Shown: piece after piece, positions 9,541-18,791 of the stretch
Numbering within the stretch: the first letter of the stretch is position 1
Layout: every line of letters begins with the position of its first letter
Assembly: GCA_963666425.2 (NCBI GenBank)
Contig: OY762825.2
Span: forward strand, 2,656,001 to 2,720,000
Reading direction: 5' to 3'
Origin: Bacillota bacterium
GTDB lineage: Bacteria; Bacillota; JAAYKD01
DNA length: 64,000 nt
Translations under genes and position numbers: made by a program
The notes under the pieces: model-generated
Told to the model about the DNA's origin: nothing
The model's input: the letters and a program-made list of their open reading frames with translations, nothing else
The model's database searches: none

Positions 9541-12156
9541 GTGAAAAAAATGACAGGCGATCAGATCAGAAAAACTTTCCTCGATTTCTTTGCGGAAAAA
9601 GAACATTTGGTGCTGCCAAGCGCATCCCTGGTTCCGGTCGATGACCCCAGCCTGCTCCTGATCGGAGCGGGTATGGCTCCCTTTAAGGCTTTTTTTACCG
9701 GCATTGCCAAACCGCCGGCAGTCAGGGTTGCGTCAGTACAAAAATGTATTCGCACCCCAGATATTGAAAATGTCGGCAAAACCGGCCGGCACGCAACCTG
9801 TTTTGAAATGCTGGGCAATTTTTCTTTCGGTGATTATTTTAAAAAAGAAGCCATCCATTGGGCTTGGGAATTTTTAACCCAAACGATCGAATTGGATCCC
9901 AACCGGCTTTATATTACCGTGCATCGTGATGATCAGGAAGCCTATGATATTTGGCATCAGGAAATCGGGGTGGCGGCAGAGCATTTATTCTTAGGTGATA
10001 AGGATAATTTTTGGGAAGTCGGCATCGGTCCCTGTGGACCGGATTCGGAGATTTTTTATGATCAAGGTCCGGAATTCAGTTGTGGCAAACCGGATTGCGG
10101 CATGGGCTGCAGCTGTGATCGTTACCTGGAAATCTGGAATTTGGTTTTCACCCAGTTCGACCGTGACGAAGACGGCAATTACAACCCTCTGGAACGCAAA
10201 TGTATCGATACCGGCTTGGGGCTCGACCGTCTGGCGGCTGTGCTGCAGAGCGTACCTTCTGTCTTTGAAATTGATCTCAACCGGCCGGTGCTGGATCTGC
10301 TGATTCAGCGCAGCGGTGTTCCGTATGACGGTAAGAGTGCGGCGAGTTTGGCTTTGAAAATCATTGTGGACCATGTGCGCGGTGTGACCTTTATGATCGG
10401 TGACGGAATTTTACCCGGCAATGAAGGACGAGGTTATGTCTTGCGCCGCATGCTGCGCCGTGCGGTTCGCTTCGGCCGTTTGGTTGGTTTAAAGGATGCT
10501 TTTGTGGCGGATGTTGCCGGGAAGGTGATCGACTGTATGCAAGTCGGTTATCCGGACTTGGCAGAGAAGCGCGCCTTTATTCTGAAGGTCGTGGAATTAG
10601 AAGAAAAACGTTTCGGCGAGACCTTGGAATCGGGTTTAGCCTTGCTGCAGCAATATGTGGAACAGATGAAAGAGAAAAATGAAACCTGCCTCAGTGGCAG
10701 CATTGCTTTCAAACTGCACGATACCTTCGGCTTTCCGTTGGAATTGACCGGGGAATTGCTGGAAGAACAGGGGATGAGTGTAGATATCGCAGGTTTTAAG
10801 CAGGAGATGACCCAGCAGCGCAATCGAGCCAGAGCGGCTCGGCAGGATGTCGATGCCATGGGAGCCGGCAAAGCGGATCTTTCCCAAATCAGCAGTCAGT
10901 TTACCGGTTATCAAACAGAGCAGAATCAAGCCGTCATCGTCGGCATTTATCAGGAAGGCAGCCCCGTGGAGATGGTTGGCGACGGAGAAGAAGTCGACCT
11001 GATTTTAGACCGGACCCCCTTCTATGCAGAAAGCGGCGGCCAGGTGGGAGATACCGGTTATCTCCAGAGCGGAGAACTGCGGCATACGGTTAAAAATACG
11101 CTGAAAGAAAGCGGCGTGACTGTGCTCAAGGTGAAAGTCAAGCATCACCTTGGCTTGGGTGATCAGGTGCTCGCCGTTGTGGATCACGAGCGCCGCCTGG
11201 CGACTGCCCGCCATCATTCCGCCACCCATCTGCTGCAGCAGGCGCTGCGGCAAGTGTTGGGAGAACACCTGCATCAGGCCGGATCTTATGTCAGCCCTGA
11301 ACGGATTCGCTTCGATTTCAGTCATTTTTCCGCGGTGGAACCGGCGCAGCTGCAAGAAATTGAGCATCTGGTCAATGCCGCTGTTTTAGAGGATGCTGTG
11401 GTTTCTATTGAAGAACTGGGGATTGAAGCGGCCAAAGCCAAAGGTGCTATGGCACTGTTCGGCGAGAAATACGGCAAAGTTGTGCGTGTAGTCGAGATGG
11501 GTTCTTCGTTGGAATTGTGCGGCGGTACCCATGTAGAGCGCACCGGTCAAATCGGCAGCTTCAAAATCCTTTCGGAGGCCGGCATCGGTTCCGGCTTGCG
11601 GCGGATTGAAGCCGTTGCCGGTTGGAAAAGCAGCGAATATTTTGCGAAGAAAGAACAATTGCTGGGCGAGATCAGCGGTTTATTAAAAACCAAGGAAGAC
11701 GATCTGTCCATCCGGCTGCAGCAGTTGCTGCAGCAGAATAAAGATCTGGAAAAGAAACTGGAAGCACTGCAAGCGGAACGCAATCTGGATGCCATGTCTG
11801 TGCTGCTGAAAAAAGCCGTGCAGGTGGCCGGAGTCAGCTTGTTGGTCGCCCAGGTCAAAGCGGAAAAAACTGACGATCTGCGCCAAATGGCCGATGTGCT
11901 GCGCGATAAAATGGGCAGCGGCATCGTTATGCTGGGCAGCGAAATCGATGGCAACGCCAGCTTATTGGCGGCTGCGACTAAAGACCTGAATGGTAAATTT
12001 CATGCCGGTAACCTGATCAAGGAGATTGCCAAATTGGTTGGCGGCGGCGGCGGCGGTCGTCCGGACCTGGCGCAGGCGGGCGGAAAAAACCCGGAAAAAT
12101 TACCGGAAGCCCTGCAGCAGGTGGCCGCGATCGTCGCAAAACAACTGCAGAAATAG
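9541..12156 (+). CDS. alaS: Alanyl-tRNA synthetase
   Basis: FEMLGNFSFGDYFK, DTGLGLDR, editing HSATH and ELCGGTH, C-Ala GGGGG. GTG start after GGAGGTG (ATG 9550 is an alternative). Confidence 0.97.
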   Translation: MKKMTGDQIRKTFLDFFAEKEHLVLPSASLVPVDDPSLLLIGAGMAPFKAFFTGIAKPPAVRVASVQKCIRTPDIENVGKTGRHATCFEMLGNFSFGDYFKKEAIHWAWEFLTQTIELDPNRLYITVHRDDQEAYDIWHQEIGVAAEHLFLGDKDNFWEVGIGPCGPDSEIFYDQGPEFSCGKPDCGMGCSCDRYLEIWNLVFTQFDRDEDGNYNPLERKCIDTGLGLDRLAAVLQSVPSVFEIDLNRPVLDLLIQRSGVPYDGKSAASLALKIIVDHVRGVTFMIGDGILPGNEGRGYVLRRMLRRAVRFGRLVGLKDAFVADVAGKVIDCMQVGYPDLAEKRAFILKVVELEEKRFGETLESGLALLQQYVEQMKEKNETCLSGSIAFKLHDTFGFPLELTGELLEEQGMSVDIAGFKQEMTQQRNRARAARQDVDAMGAGKADLSQISSQFTGYQTEQNQAVIVGIYQEGSPVEMVGDGEEVDLILDRTPFYAESGGQVGDTGYLQSGELRHTVKNTLKESGVTVLKVKVKHHLGLGDQVLAVVDHERRLATARHHSATHLLQQALRQVLGEHLHQAGSYVSPERIRFDFSHFSAVEPAQLQEIEHLVNAAVLEDAVVSIEELGIEAAKAKGAMALFGEKYGKVVRVVEMGSSLELCGGTHVERTGQIGSFKILSEAGIGSGLRRIEAVAGWKSSEYFAKKEQLLGEISGLLKTKEDDLSIRLQQLLQQNKDLEKKLEALQAERNLDAMSVLLKKAVQVAGVSLLVAQVKAEKTDDLRQMADVLRDKMGSGIVMLGSEIDGNASLLAAATKDLNGKFHAGNLIKEIAKLVGGGGGGRPDLAQAGGKNPEKLPEALQQVAAIVAKQLQK

Positions 12157-12233
12157 TTCTGCCTGTGGTGGCGCAGGTTTGCGCAGCAGTAAACCCGTGC
12201 CGCCCGGGAAGAGCAATGGAGAATGTGAGCAAA

Positions 12234-12710
12234 ATGTCAATCCATATTGTGATGTATCAACCGGAAATTCCACCCAATACCGGCAACATTGCCAGACTCT
12301 GTGCAGCGACCGACTCGGTGCTGCATCTGGTCAAACCGTTGGGTTTTTCCTTAGAAGATAAATACCTGAAGCGGGCAGGTCTGGACTATTGGCAGTATCT
12401 GCGCCTGGAAATCCATCCAGACTGGCAGACGTTTTTAGAAACTTATGCAGGCAAACGCATGTTCTTCGCTACCACGAAAGGGCATACCGCCTATCATCAT
12501 GCATCCTATCAGGATGACGACTTCCTGGTTTTCGGACCGGAAACCAGAGGGTTGCCACCGGAGGTTTTGAGCCTGCAGCCGGATCATAATATCCGTATCC
12601 CGATTTTAGCCGAGACGCGTTCACTCAATTTATCCAATGCAGTAGCAATTATCCTCTTTGAAGCCTTGCGTCAAACCGGTTTTGCTCAGCTCTGCGACGG
12701 AGAGATCTGA
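12234..12710 (+). CDS. trmL: tRNA (cytidine/uridine-34 2'-O)-methyltransferase TrmL
   Basis: PEIPPNTGNIARLC, KRAGLDYW, FGPETRGLP, RSLNLSN. Confidence 0.93.
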   Translation: MSIHIVMYQPEIPPNTGNIARLCAATDSVLHLVKPLGFSLEDKYLKRAGLDYWQYLRLEIHPDWQTFLETYAGKRMFFATTKGHTAYHHASYQDDDFLVFGPETRGLPPEVLSLQPDHNIRIPILAETRSLNLSNAVAIILFEALRQTGFAQLCDGEI

Positions 12711-12742
12711 TCCCGTCTGGGAAGCAAAAGAAAGGAATCAAG

Positions 12743-13738
12743 ATGAAGCAGCAAAAAAGAATTCTCACCGGGGATCGGCCAACCGGAAAATTACACTTAG
12801 GCCATTATGTGGGTTCGCTGGCCAATCGTGTGGCATTGCAGCATGAATATGATACGTTTCTGATTATCGCCGATACGCAGGCGCTGACAACCAATTGGGA
12901 TCAGCCGGAGCGTTTGTCGGCATCCATCCGCCAAGTCACCGAAGATTATATGGCAATCGGCATTGACCCCGCGATCGCTACGATTTTCATTCAATCCATG
13001 ATTCCGCAGCTGGCCGAACTGACCATGTTCTATGGTAATTTTATTTCCGTCAATGTGCTGCGCCATAACCCCACCATTAAAACGGAAGCAGAACAGCACG
13101 GTTATAATGACATGAATTACGGTTTTCTCGGTTATCCCGTTTCACAGGCAGCGGATATTACGTTCTGTAAAGCGGATTTGGTACCGGTCGGTCAGGACCA
13201 AATGCCCCATATCGAGCTGACCCGAAAAATCGCCCGCCGCTTTAATGAACTTTACGCGCCGGTTTTAGTCGTACCGGAAGGACTGGTTGGTAAAGTCGGA
13301 CGCCTGGTTGGTCTGGACGGCAAAGCCAAGATGTCCAAAAGCCTGGATAATTGCATCTATTTATCCGACAGCGCCAAAGAAGTCGCCGCGCAGATCAACA
13401 AAGCCGTGACGGATCCGGAGCGCATCCGGGCAACCGATCCAGGGCACCCGGATGTCTGCACCGTTTACCTTTATCATCAAACCTTTAATGCGGAAGAATC
13501 TGCTGAAATTTGTGAGGATTGCAAAGCCGGCAGAATGGGCTGCGTTGCCTGCAAAAAGCGCTTGACTGCCAAGCTGAACGAATTGCTGGAGCCAATGCGG
13601 GAACGCCGGATCCCTTACCAGAATCAGCCGCAATTGCTGGATGAGATTCTGATGGCCGGCACCCAGCGCGCTCTGGAAGTTGCCAAAGAGACGATGCGGG
13701 AAGTCCGCGACGCCATGCGGATTTCCTATTTTAAATAA
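12743..13738 (+). CDS. trpS: Tryptophanyl-tRNA synthetase
   Basis: [34 protein letters not shown]. Confidence 0.96.
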   Translation: MKQQKRILTGDRPTGKLHLGHYVGSLANRVALQHEYDTFLIIADTQALTTNWDQPERLSASIRQVTEDYMAIGIDPAIATIFIQSMIPQLAELTMFYGNFISVNVLRHNPTIKTEAEQHGYNDMNYGFLGYPVSQAADITFCKADLVPVGQDQMPHIELTRKIARRFNELYAPVLVVPEGLVGKVGRLVGLDGKAKMSKSLDNCIYLSDSAKEVAAQINKAVTDPERIRATDPGHPDVCTVYLYHQTFNAEESAEICEDCKAGRMGCVACKKRLTAKLNELLEPMRERRIPYQNQPQLLDEILMAGTQRALEVAKETMREVRDAMRISYFK

Positions 13739-13758
13739 GAAGAAATGGAGGGAAAAAA

Positions 13759-15159
13759 ATGACAGAAGTGACAATGGATAAATTGGTGACGCTTTGTAAA
13801 ATCAGGGGTTATGTCTATCCCGGTTCGGATATTTACGGCGGGTTAGCCAATACCTGGGACTATGGCCCTTTGGGTGTGGAACTAAGGAATAACATCAAAA
13901 AAATCTGGTGGAAAAAATTCATTCAGGAAACGCCAAGCAATGTCGGTTTGGATGCGGGGATTCTGATGAATCCGGAAACCTGGGTGGCTTCCGGCCATGT
14001 CGGCGGTTTTTCCGATCCTCTGATGGATTGCCGCAAATGTAAAAGCCGCTACCGGGCCGATAAGCTGATTGAAGATTACGCCGCCAAAAACGGCAAGGAT
14101 TTTTCTGCCGATGGCTGGACCAATGAGCAAATGAAGAGTTATATCGAAGAGCATCAGATTGTCTGTCCGCAGTGCGGCGCTGTGGATTATACCGAGATCC
14201 GTCAGTTCAATTTAATGTTCCGCACCCACCAAGGGGTGACCGATGACAGCAGTTCTTTGGTCTATTTGCGGCCGGAGACAGCGCAGGGAATTTTCGTTAA
14301 CTTCAAAAATGTCCTGATCTCCAGTCGGCGCAAACCCCCCTTTGGTATCGGGCAGATTGGCAAAGCCTTCCGCAATGAAATCACACCCGGCAATTTTATC
14401 TTTCGGGTCAGAGAAATTGAACAAATGGAATTGGAATTCTTTTGTAAACCGGGAACCGGCGAAGACAGCGAGGATATGCAATGGTTTACTTATTGGCGCA
14501 AATTCTGCTATGACTTTCTGATCAGCCTGGGAGCGAAGCCTGAAAATTTGCGGATGCGCGACCATGATGCCAAAGAATTGGCGCATTATGCCAAAGCGAC
14601 CACGGATATTGAATATCTGTTTCCGTTTGGCTGGGGTGAATTATGGGGTGTTGCTCATCGCACCGATTATGATCTGCGGGTCCATCAGCAGCATTCCGGT
14701 AAAGATCTGCAGGTCCAGGATACGCAAACCAATGAGAAATATCTGCCCTACTGTATCGAGCCTTCGGTCAGTGTGGAACGCCTGACGCTGATGTTTTTGG
14801 CCAATGCTTATGATGAGGAGCAATTGCCCGACGGTGATGTGCGTCAGGTCTTGCATCTGCATCCGGCTTTGGCACCGATTAAGGTGGCGATTTTGCCGCT
14901 CTCCAAGAAATTAGCCGCACCCGCCGAGGCGCTGTTCCGTCAGCTGCAAAAGGAATGGCAGGTAGAATACGATGAAGCCGGCAGCATCGGCAAGCGCTAC
15001 CGCCGTTGGGATGAAGCGGGTACACCTTTTTGTATCACATTGGATTTCCAAACCGAAGAGGATCACTGTGTGACGGTGCGGATGCGCGATTCAATGGAAC
15101 AGATCCGCATTCCGATTGATCAGTTGAAAGCTTGGCTGGCAGAACGTCTGGCCTTCTAA
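13759..15159 (+). CDS. glyQS: Glycyl-tRNA synthetase, homodimeric alpha2 type
   Basis: [45 protein letters not shown]. Confidence 0.95.
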   Translation: MTEVTMDKLVTLCKIRGYVYPGSDIYGGLANTWDYGPLGVELRNNIKKIWWKKFIQETPSNVGLDAGILMNPETWVASGHVGGFSDPLMDCRKCKSRYRADKLIEDYAAKNGKDFSADGWTNEQMKSYIEEHQIVCPQCGAVDYTEIRQFNLMFRTHQGVTDDSSSLVYLRPETAQGIFVNFKNVLISSRRKPPFGIGQIGKAFRNEITPGNFIFRVREIEQMELEFFCKPGTGEDSEDMQWFTYWRKFCYDFLISLGAKPENLRMRDHDAKELAHYAKATTDIEYLFPFGWGELWGVAHRTDYDLRVHQQHSGKDLQVQDTQTNEKYLPYCIEPSVSVERLTLMFLANAYDEEQLPDGDVRQVLHLHPALAPIKVAILPLSKKLAAPAEALFRQLQKEWQVEYDEAGSIGKRYRRWDEAGTPFCITLDFQTEEDHCVTVRMRDSMEQIRIPIDQLKAWLAERLAF

Positions 15160-15199
15160 ACTTATGATTTTTCGGCCGCAGCTTTTTCAAAATAACCGC

Positions 15200-15229
15200 T
15201 TGACAAGTCTAGCCGTCATCTGTTATACT
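15200..15229 (+). promoter_or_regulatory. sigma-A promoter of the infC operon
   Basis: TTGACA-N18-TATACT with an extended TG. Confidence 0.8.
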
Positions 15230-15237
15230 CTGTAAGC

Positions 15238-15350
15238 ATCAAGAAGAGGCCATCCGCTTCTCACCCGGCGGTTAACCAGACCGGGTAAATATGAATTTCT
15301 CATCATTATGAGGGGATTTTCTGCGCGGGTGAATAACCCGCGCTTTTTCT
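15238..15350 (+). ncRNA. Ribosomal protein L20 leader (attenuator)
   Basis: AGAAG...CCGCTTCTCACC 5' motif and terminator GCGCGGGT-GAATA-ACCCGCGC-TTTTT upstream of infC-rpmI-rplT. Confidence 0.8.
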
Positions 15351-15389
15351 ATGTATGGATGGCATAAGAATTCACAGGAGGTGTGAAGT

Positions 15390-15899
15390 ATCAATAATAA
15401 GGGACACCAGATTAACGAGGACATTAAAGCCAGAGAAGTTCGTGTCATTGATGAAAACGGCGAACAATTAGGGATTTTAAGCATCAGAGACGCGATCCGC
15501 TTGGCACAAGAGCGTAGTTTAGACCTCGTTCGTGTGGCCGCAGCGGCCGTTCCGCCGGTATGTCGCATTATGGATTACGGCAAATTCAGGTATGAACAGA
15601 GCAAACAGGACCGGGAAGCCAAGAAAAAGCAAAAAGTGATCAGCATTAAAGAGGTTCGGGTGACCCCGACCATCGAAGATCACGATTTGGAAGTCAAGGT
15701 GAAAGCCTGTGTACGTTTTCTGTCAGACGGTGATAAAGTGAAAGCAACGGTTCGTTTTCGTGGCCGTGAAATCGCTCATGCCGGTTTGGGGAAGATTGCC
15801 TTGGATAAACTGGCTGAAGGCGTCGCCGAAGTGGGTGTGATTGAGAAACCAGCCCGCATGGAAGGCCGCAATATGATTATGATTATCGCACCGAAATAG
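15390..15899 (+). CDS. infC: Translation initiation factor IF-3 (non-canonical AUC start)
   Basis: RBS CAGGAGGTG, in-frame TGA at 15384, then ATC at 15390 opening INNKGHQINEDIKAREVRVIDENGEQLG...PPVCRIMDYGKF...FRGRE. Confidence 0.92.
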   Translation: MNNKGHQINEDIKAREVRVIDENGEQLGILSIRDAIRLAQERSLDLVRVAAAAVPPVCRIMDYGKFRYEQSKQDREAKKKQKVISIKEVRVTPTIEDHDLEVKVKACVRFLSDGDKVKATVRFRGREIAHAGLGKIALDKLAEGVAEVGVIEKPARMEGRNMIMIIAPK

Positions 15900-15932
15900 G
15901 AAAGTTCTTTATTAAGGAAGGAGTTTTTTATT

Positions 15933-16130
15933 ATGCCTAAGATTAAGACGCATAGAGGAGCTGCGAAGCGCCTCCGTAAAACCGGTACCGGTTTAGTGAC
16001 CCGTAAACATGCTTATCACCGCCATAAAGCGTTGTGCAAGTCTGCCAAACAAAAACGCCAATTGCGTTTTTCAACCGTGGTCGATCAAACCGATCAACGC
16101 AGAATGAGCCGTTTGATTCCTTATCTTTAA
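15933..16130 (+). CDS. rpmI: 50S ribosomal protein L35
   Basis: [13 protein letters not shown], 65 aa, operon position. Confidence 0.96.
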   Translation: MPKIKTHRGAAKRLRKTGTGLVTRKHAYHRHKALCKSAKQKRQLRFSTVVDQTDQRRMSRLIPYL

Positions 16131-16164
16131 AGAGATAAGTATGTTATAAGGAGGAAGAACAACA

Positions 16165-16521
16165 ATGAGAATTAAAGGCGGAATGATTTCCCATCGCAAA
16201 CATGGGAAGATCTTAAAGTTAGCCCGTGGCTACAGAGGTTCTAAAAGCAAGCAATTCAGAGTAGCAAACCAAGCCGTCATGAAAGCAGGCTTCTATGCCC
16301 GTCGTGACCGTCGTGTGCGTAAGCGCGATTTCCGTAAATTATGGATCGCCCGTATCAATGCTGCTGCCCGGATGAATGGCCTTTCTTACAGCCGCATGAT
16401 CAATGGCCTGAAAAAAGCCAATGTAGAAGTAAACCGCAAAATGCTGGCTGATTTAGCAATCAGTGATATGAACGGTTTTGTGCAGTTCGTGGAAGTAGCC
16501 AAAGCTGAATTAGCAAAATAG
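16165..16521 (+). CDS. rplT: 50S ribosomal protein L20
   Basis: [37 protein letters not shown]. Confidence 0.97.
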   Translation: MRIKGGMISHRKHGKILKLARGYRGSKSKQFRVANQAVMKAGFYARRDRRVRKRDFRKLWIARINAAARMNGLSYSRMINGLKKANVEVNRKMLADLAISDMNGFVQFVEVAKAELAK

Positions 16522-16593
16522 TCAATCAACCGCGTTTATGTTGAACAATTGTTTGACGGACCGCGGTTTTTTTCTCAGAAAGGTGGCTTTCGC

Positions 16594-17388
16594 ATGCAGG
16601 AACTCCTATCCATGCAGAATCCTCTGATCCAGGAAATGCGCAAACTGCGGCAAAAAAAAGCACGACTGCAAAGCAATCTTTTCTTATGCGAAGGTATCCG
16701 CAGCCTGGAGGCAGCTTATTCTGCCGCGGCACAGTTTGATAGTCTGTTTGTCACGGCGGCTGCGCTGGAGAAAACACGCATGGCTGATTTCTGCCTGAAG
16801 CTTAGCGGCGCGGGTATTCCTGTCTATCAGGTCAGTCAGCGCATCATCGAAGCGCTGAGCCAGACCGAAACCAGCCAGGGAATTGTGGCTGCCATCAGAC
16901 CTGCCAGGCATGATTTGCAGGAGCTGCAAGCGACGATGCGGATTCTGCTGCTCGATCGCGTGCAGGATCCCGGTAATGCCGGTACGGCTTTGCGCAGCGC
17001 GGCGGCTTTTGGCTTTGCTGCCGTCATCTTCCTGCCCGGCAGTGTGGATCCTTGGAGTGATAAAGTCATCCGATCTTCCGCAGGTTCACTCTTCCAGCTC
17101 ATGGTGCTGGAAGCCGAGAGCGAAGCAGCAGTCATTCACCGATTGCAGGAACTGCACTTGCCCTTGGCTGCAACGACCCTGACCGATGCCGAAGAATTGG
17201 CTGATCAACCTTGGCTGCAGCAGCCGCTCGCGCTGGCTGTTGGCAATGAAGGCCAGGGGATTTCCGATTCGCTTTTACAGGCTGCCGATTATCGGCTGAC
17301 CATTCCGATGATCGGGCCGACGGAATCGCTGAATGTTGCGGTGGCAACCGGAATTCTTCTCTTCAAAATGATGCCAAATCGGTGCTAA
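16594..17388 (+). CDS. TrmH/SpoU-family RNA methyltransferase
   Basis: DRVQDPGNAGT.LRSA, GNEGQG, IPM...ESLNVAVA. Confidence 0.9.
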   Translation: MQELLSMQNPLIQEMRKLRQKKARLQSNLFLCEGIRSLEAAYSAAAQFDSLFVTAAALEKTRMADFCLKLSGAGIPVYQVSQRIIEALSQTETSQGIVAAIRPARHDLQELQATMRILLLDRVQDPGNAGTALRSAAAFGFAAVIFLPGSVDPWSDKVIRSSAGSLFQLMVLEAESEAAVIHRLQELHLPLAATTLTDAEELADQPWLQQPLALAVGNEGQGISDSLLQAADYRLTIPMIGPTESLNVAVATGILLFKMMPNRC

Positions 17389-17393
17389 ACCAC

Positions 17394-17422
17394 TTGCAAT
17401 TGCAGCGGTTTTATGCTATTTT
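17394..17422 (+). promoter_or_regulatory. Putative sigma-A promoter of pheST
   Basis: TTGCAA-N17-TATTTT with an extended TG. Confidence 0.55.
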
Positions 17423-17436
17423 AATCAGTATAAGCG

Positions 17437-17722
17437 AAAAGCAAAGATCAAAGAGAGTAGCTTTTGTCAACACGCTACAGGGAGCGGCGGTCATGGATTG
17501 AGAACCGTCGGCGCAGTGCAAAAGGGAAGTTCACTTTGGGAGCTGCTGCGTTGAACAAAGAGTTTTTTAAAAAGCTCAGGAGTAGATGCAGTCGGTTGTA
17601 CCGTTATCACAAACTATGAGGCTATCCGGCCGATCACTTTGCAGGCAAAATGTTCAGCGGATGGATTCAAGGGTGGTACCGCGAAGAGATTTCGCCCCTT
17701 TTGGGGTGGAGGTCTCTTTTTT
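17437..17722 (+). ncRNA. T-box riboswitch (Phe)
   Basis: AGAGTAG stem-I motif; specifier GAAG-TTC-A at 17530-17532; T-box AAGGGTGGTACCGCG at 17669-17683; terminator AAGAGAT...GTCTCTT-TTTT. Confidence 0.92.
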
Positions 17723-17748
17723 ATTGGAAATTGAAGGAGGAGAAAGCC

Positions 17749-18777
17749 ATGTTAAAGAGCCTGATGGAATTGCGTGAGGAAGCGCTGGAGCAATTAAAGC
17801 AACTGCAGAATTCTCAGGAGTTGAATGATTTTAAAGTAGCTTACTTGGGAAAGAAAGGCAAACTCACCGCGATTTTGCGGCAAATGGGGAAACTGCCGGA
17901 AGAAGACAGACCGAAATTCGGGCAGATCGCCAATGAAATACGGCAAAGCTTAGAAGAAAACTTAGCAGCGATGTTGGAAACATTAAGCCAAAAAGAACAA
18001 ACGGTCAAGCTGGAGTCAGAGCGAATTGATATCACTCTGCCCGGTTATCCTTTTAACGCCGGCAGCATGCATCCCATCACCCTGATCTTAAACGAAATTA
18101 AGACGATTTTCATCGGTCTTGGTTTTACGATTGCCGAAGGACCGGAGATCGAAACGGATTATTATGATTTCCAAGCCTTGAATATCCCACTCGATCATCC
18201 TGCCCGCGAAATGCAGGATACCTTTTATATTACCGAAGATCTGCTGCTGCGCACACAAACTTCGCCGATGCAGGCACGTACCATGGAAGCCATGGCGCCG
18301 AATCTGCCGATCAAGATCATCGTTCCCGGCAAAGTCTATCGCCGTGATGAGGACGCCACGCATACGCCGATGTTCCATCAGGTAGAAGGCCTTTATGTGG
18401 ATAAAAATGTCTCTCTTGCTACACTGAAAGGTATTTTACTGTCCTTTGCTCGCCAAATGTTTGGGCCGGAGCGCGAAATTCGTTTGCGCCCCAGCTTTTT
18501 CCCTTTCACAGAACCCAGCGTAGAAGTGGATATTTCCTGTTTTAACTGCGGCGGCAAAGGCTGTCATCTCTGCAAGCAATCCGGTTGGATCGAGATCCTG
18601 GGCGCCGGTTTGGTACACCCCAACGTGCTGCGGATGAATGGCTACGATCCGGAAGCAGTCAGCGGACTCGCTTTCGGTATGGGTGTAGAACGAATCGCGA
18701 TGCTGAAGTTCGGCATCGACGACATGCGCCAGATGTATCAAAATGATCTGCGTTTTTTGACTCAATTCCGCGTTTAG
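17749..18777 (+). CDS. pheS: Phenylalanyl-tRNA synthetase alpha subunit
   Basis: [43 protein letters not shown]; RBS AAGGAGG. Confidence 0.97.
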   Translation: MLKSLMELREEALEQLKQLQNSQELNDFKVAYLGKKGKLTAILRQMGKLPEEDRPKFGQIANEIRQSLEENLAAMLETLSQKEQTVKLESERIDITLPGYPFNAGSMHPITLILNEIKTIFIGLGFTIAEGPEIETDYYDFQALNIPLDHPAREMQDTFYITEDLLLRTQTSPMQARTMEAMAPNLPIKIIVPGKVYRRDEDATHTPMFHQVEGLYVDKNVSLATLKGILLSFARQMFGPEREIRLRPSFFPFTEPSVEVDISCFNCGGKGCHLCKQSGWIEILGAGLVHPNVLRMNGYDPEAVSGLAFGMGVERIAMLKFGIDDMRQMYQNDLRFLTQFRV

Positions 18778-18791
18778 GGGAGGCAAGTAAA

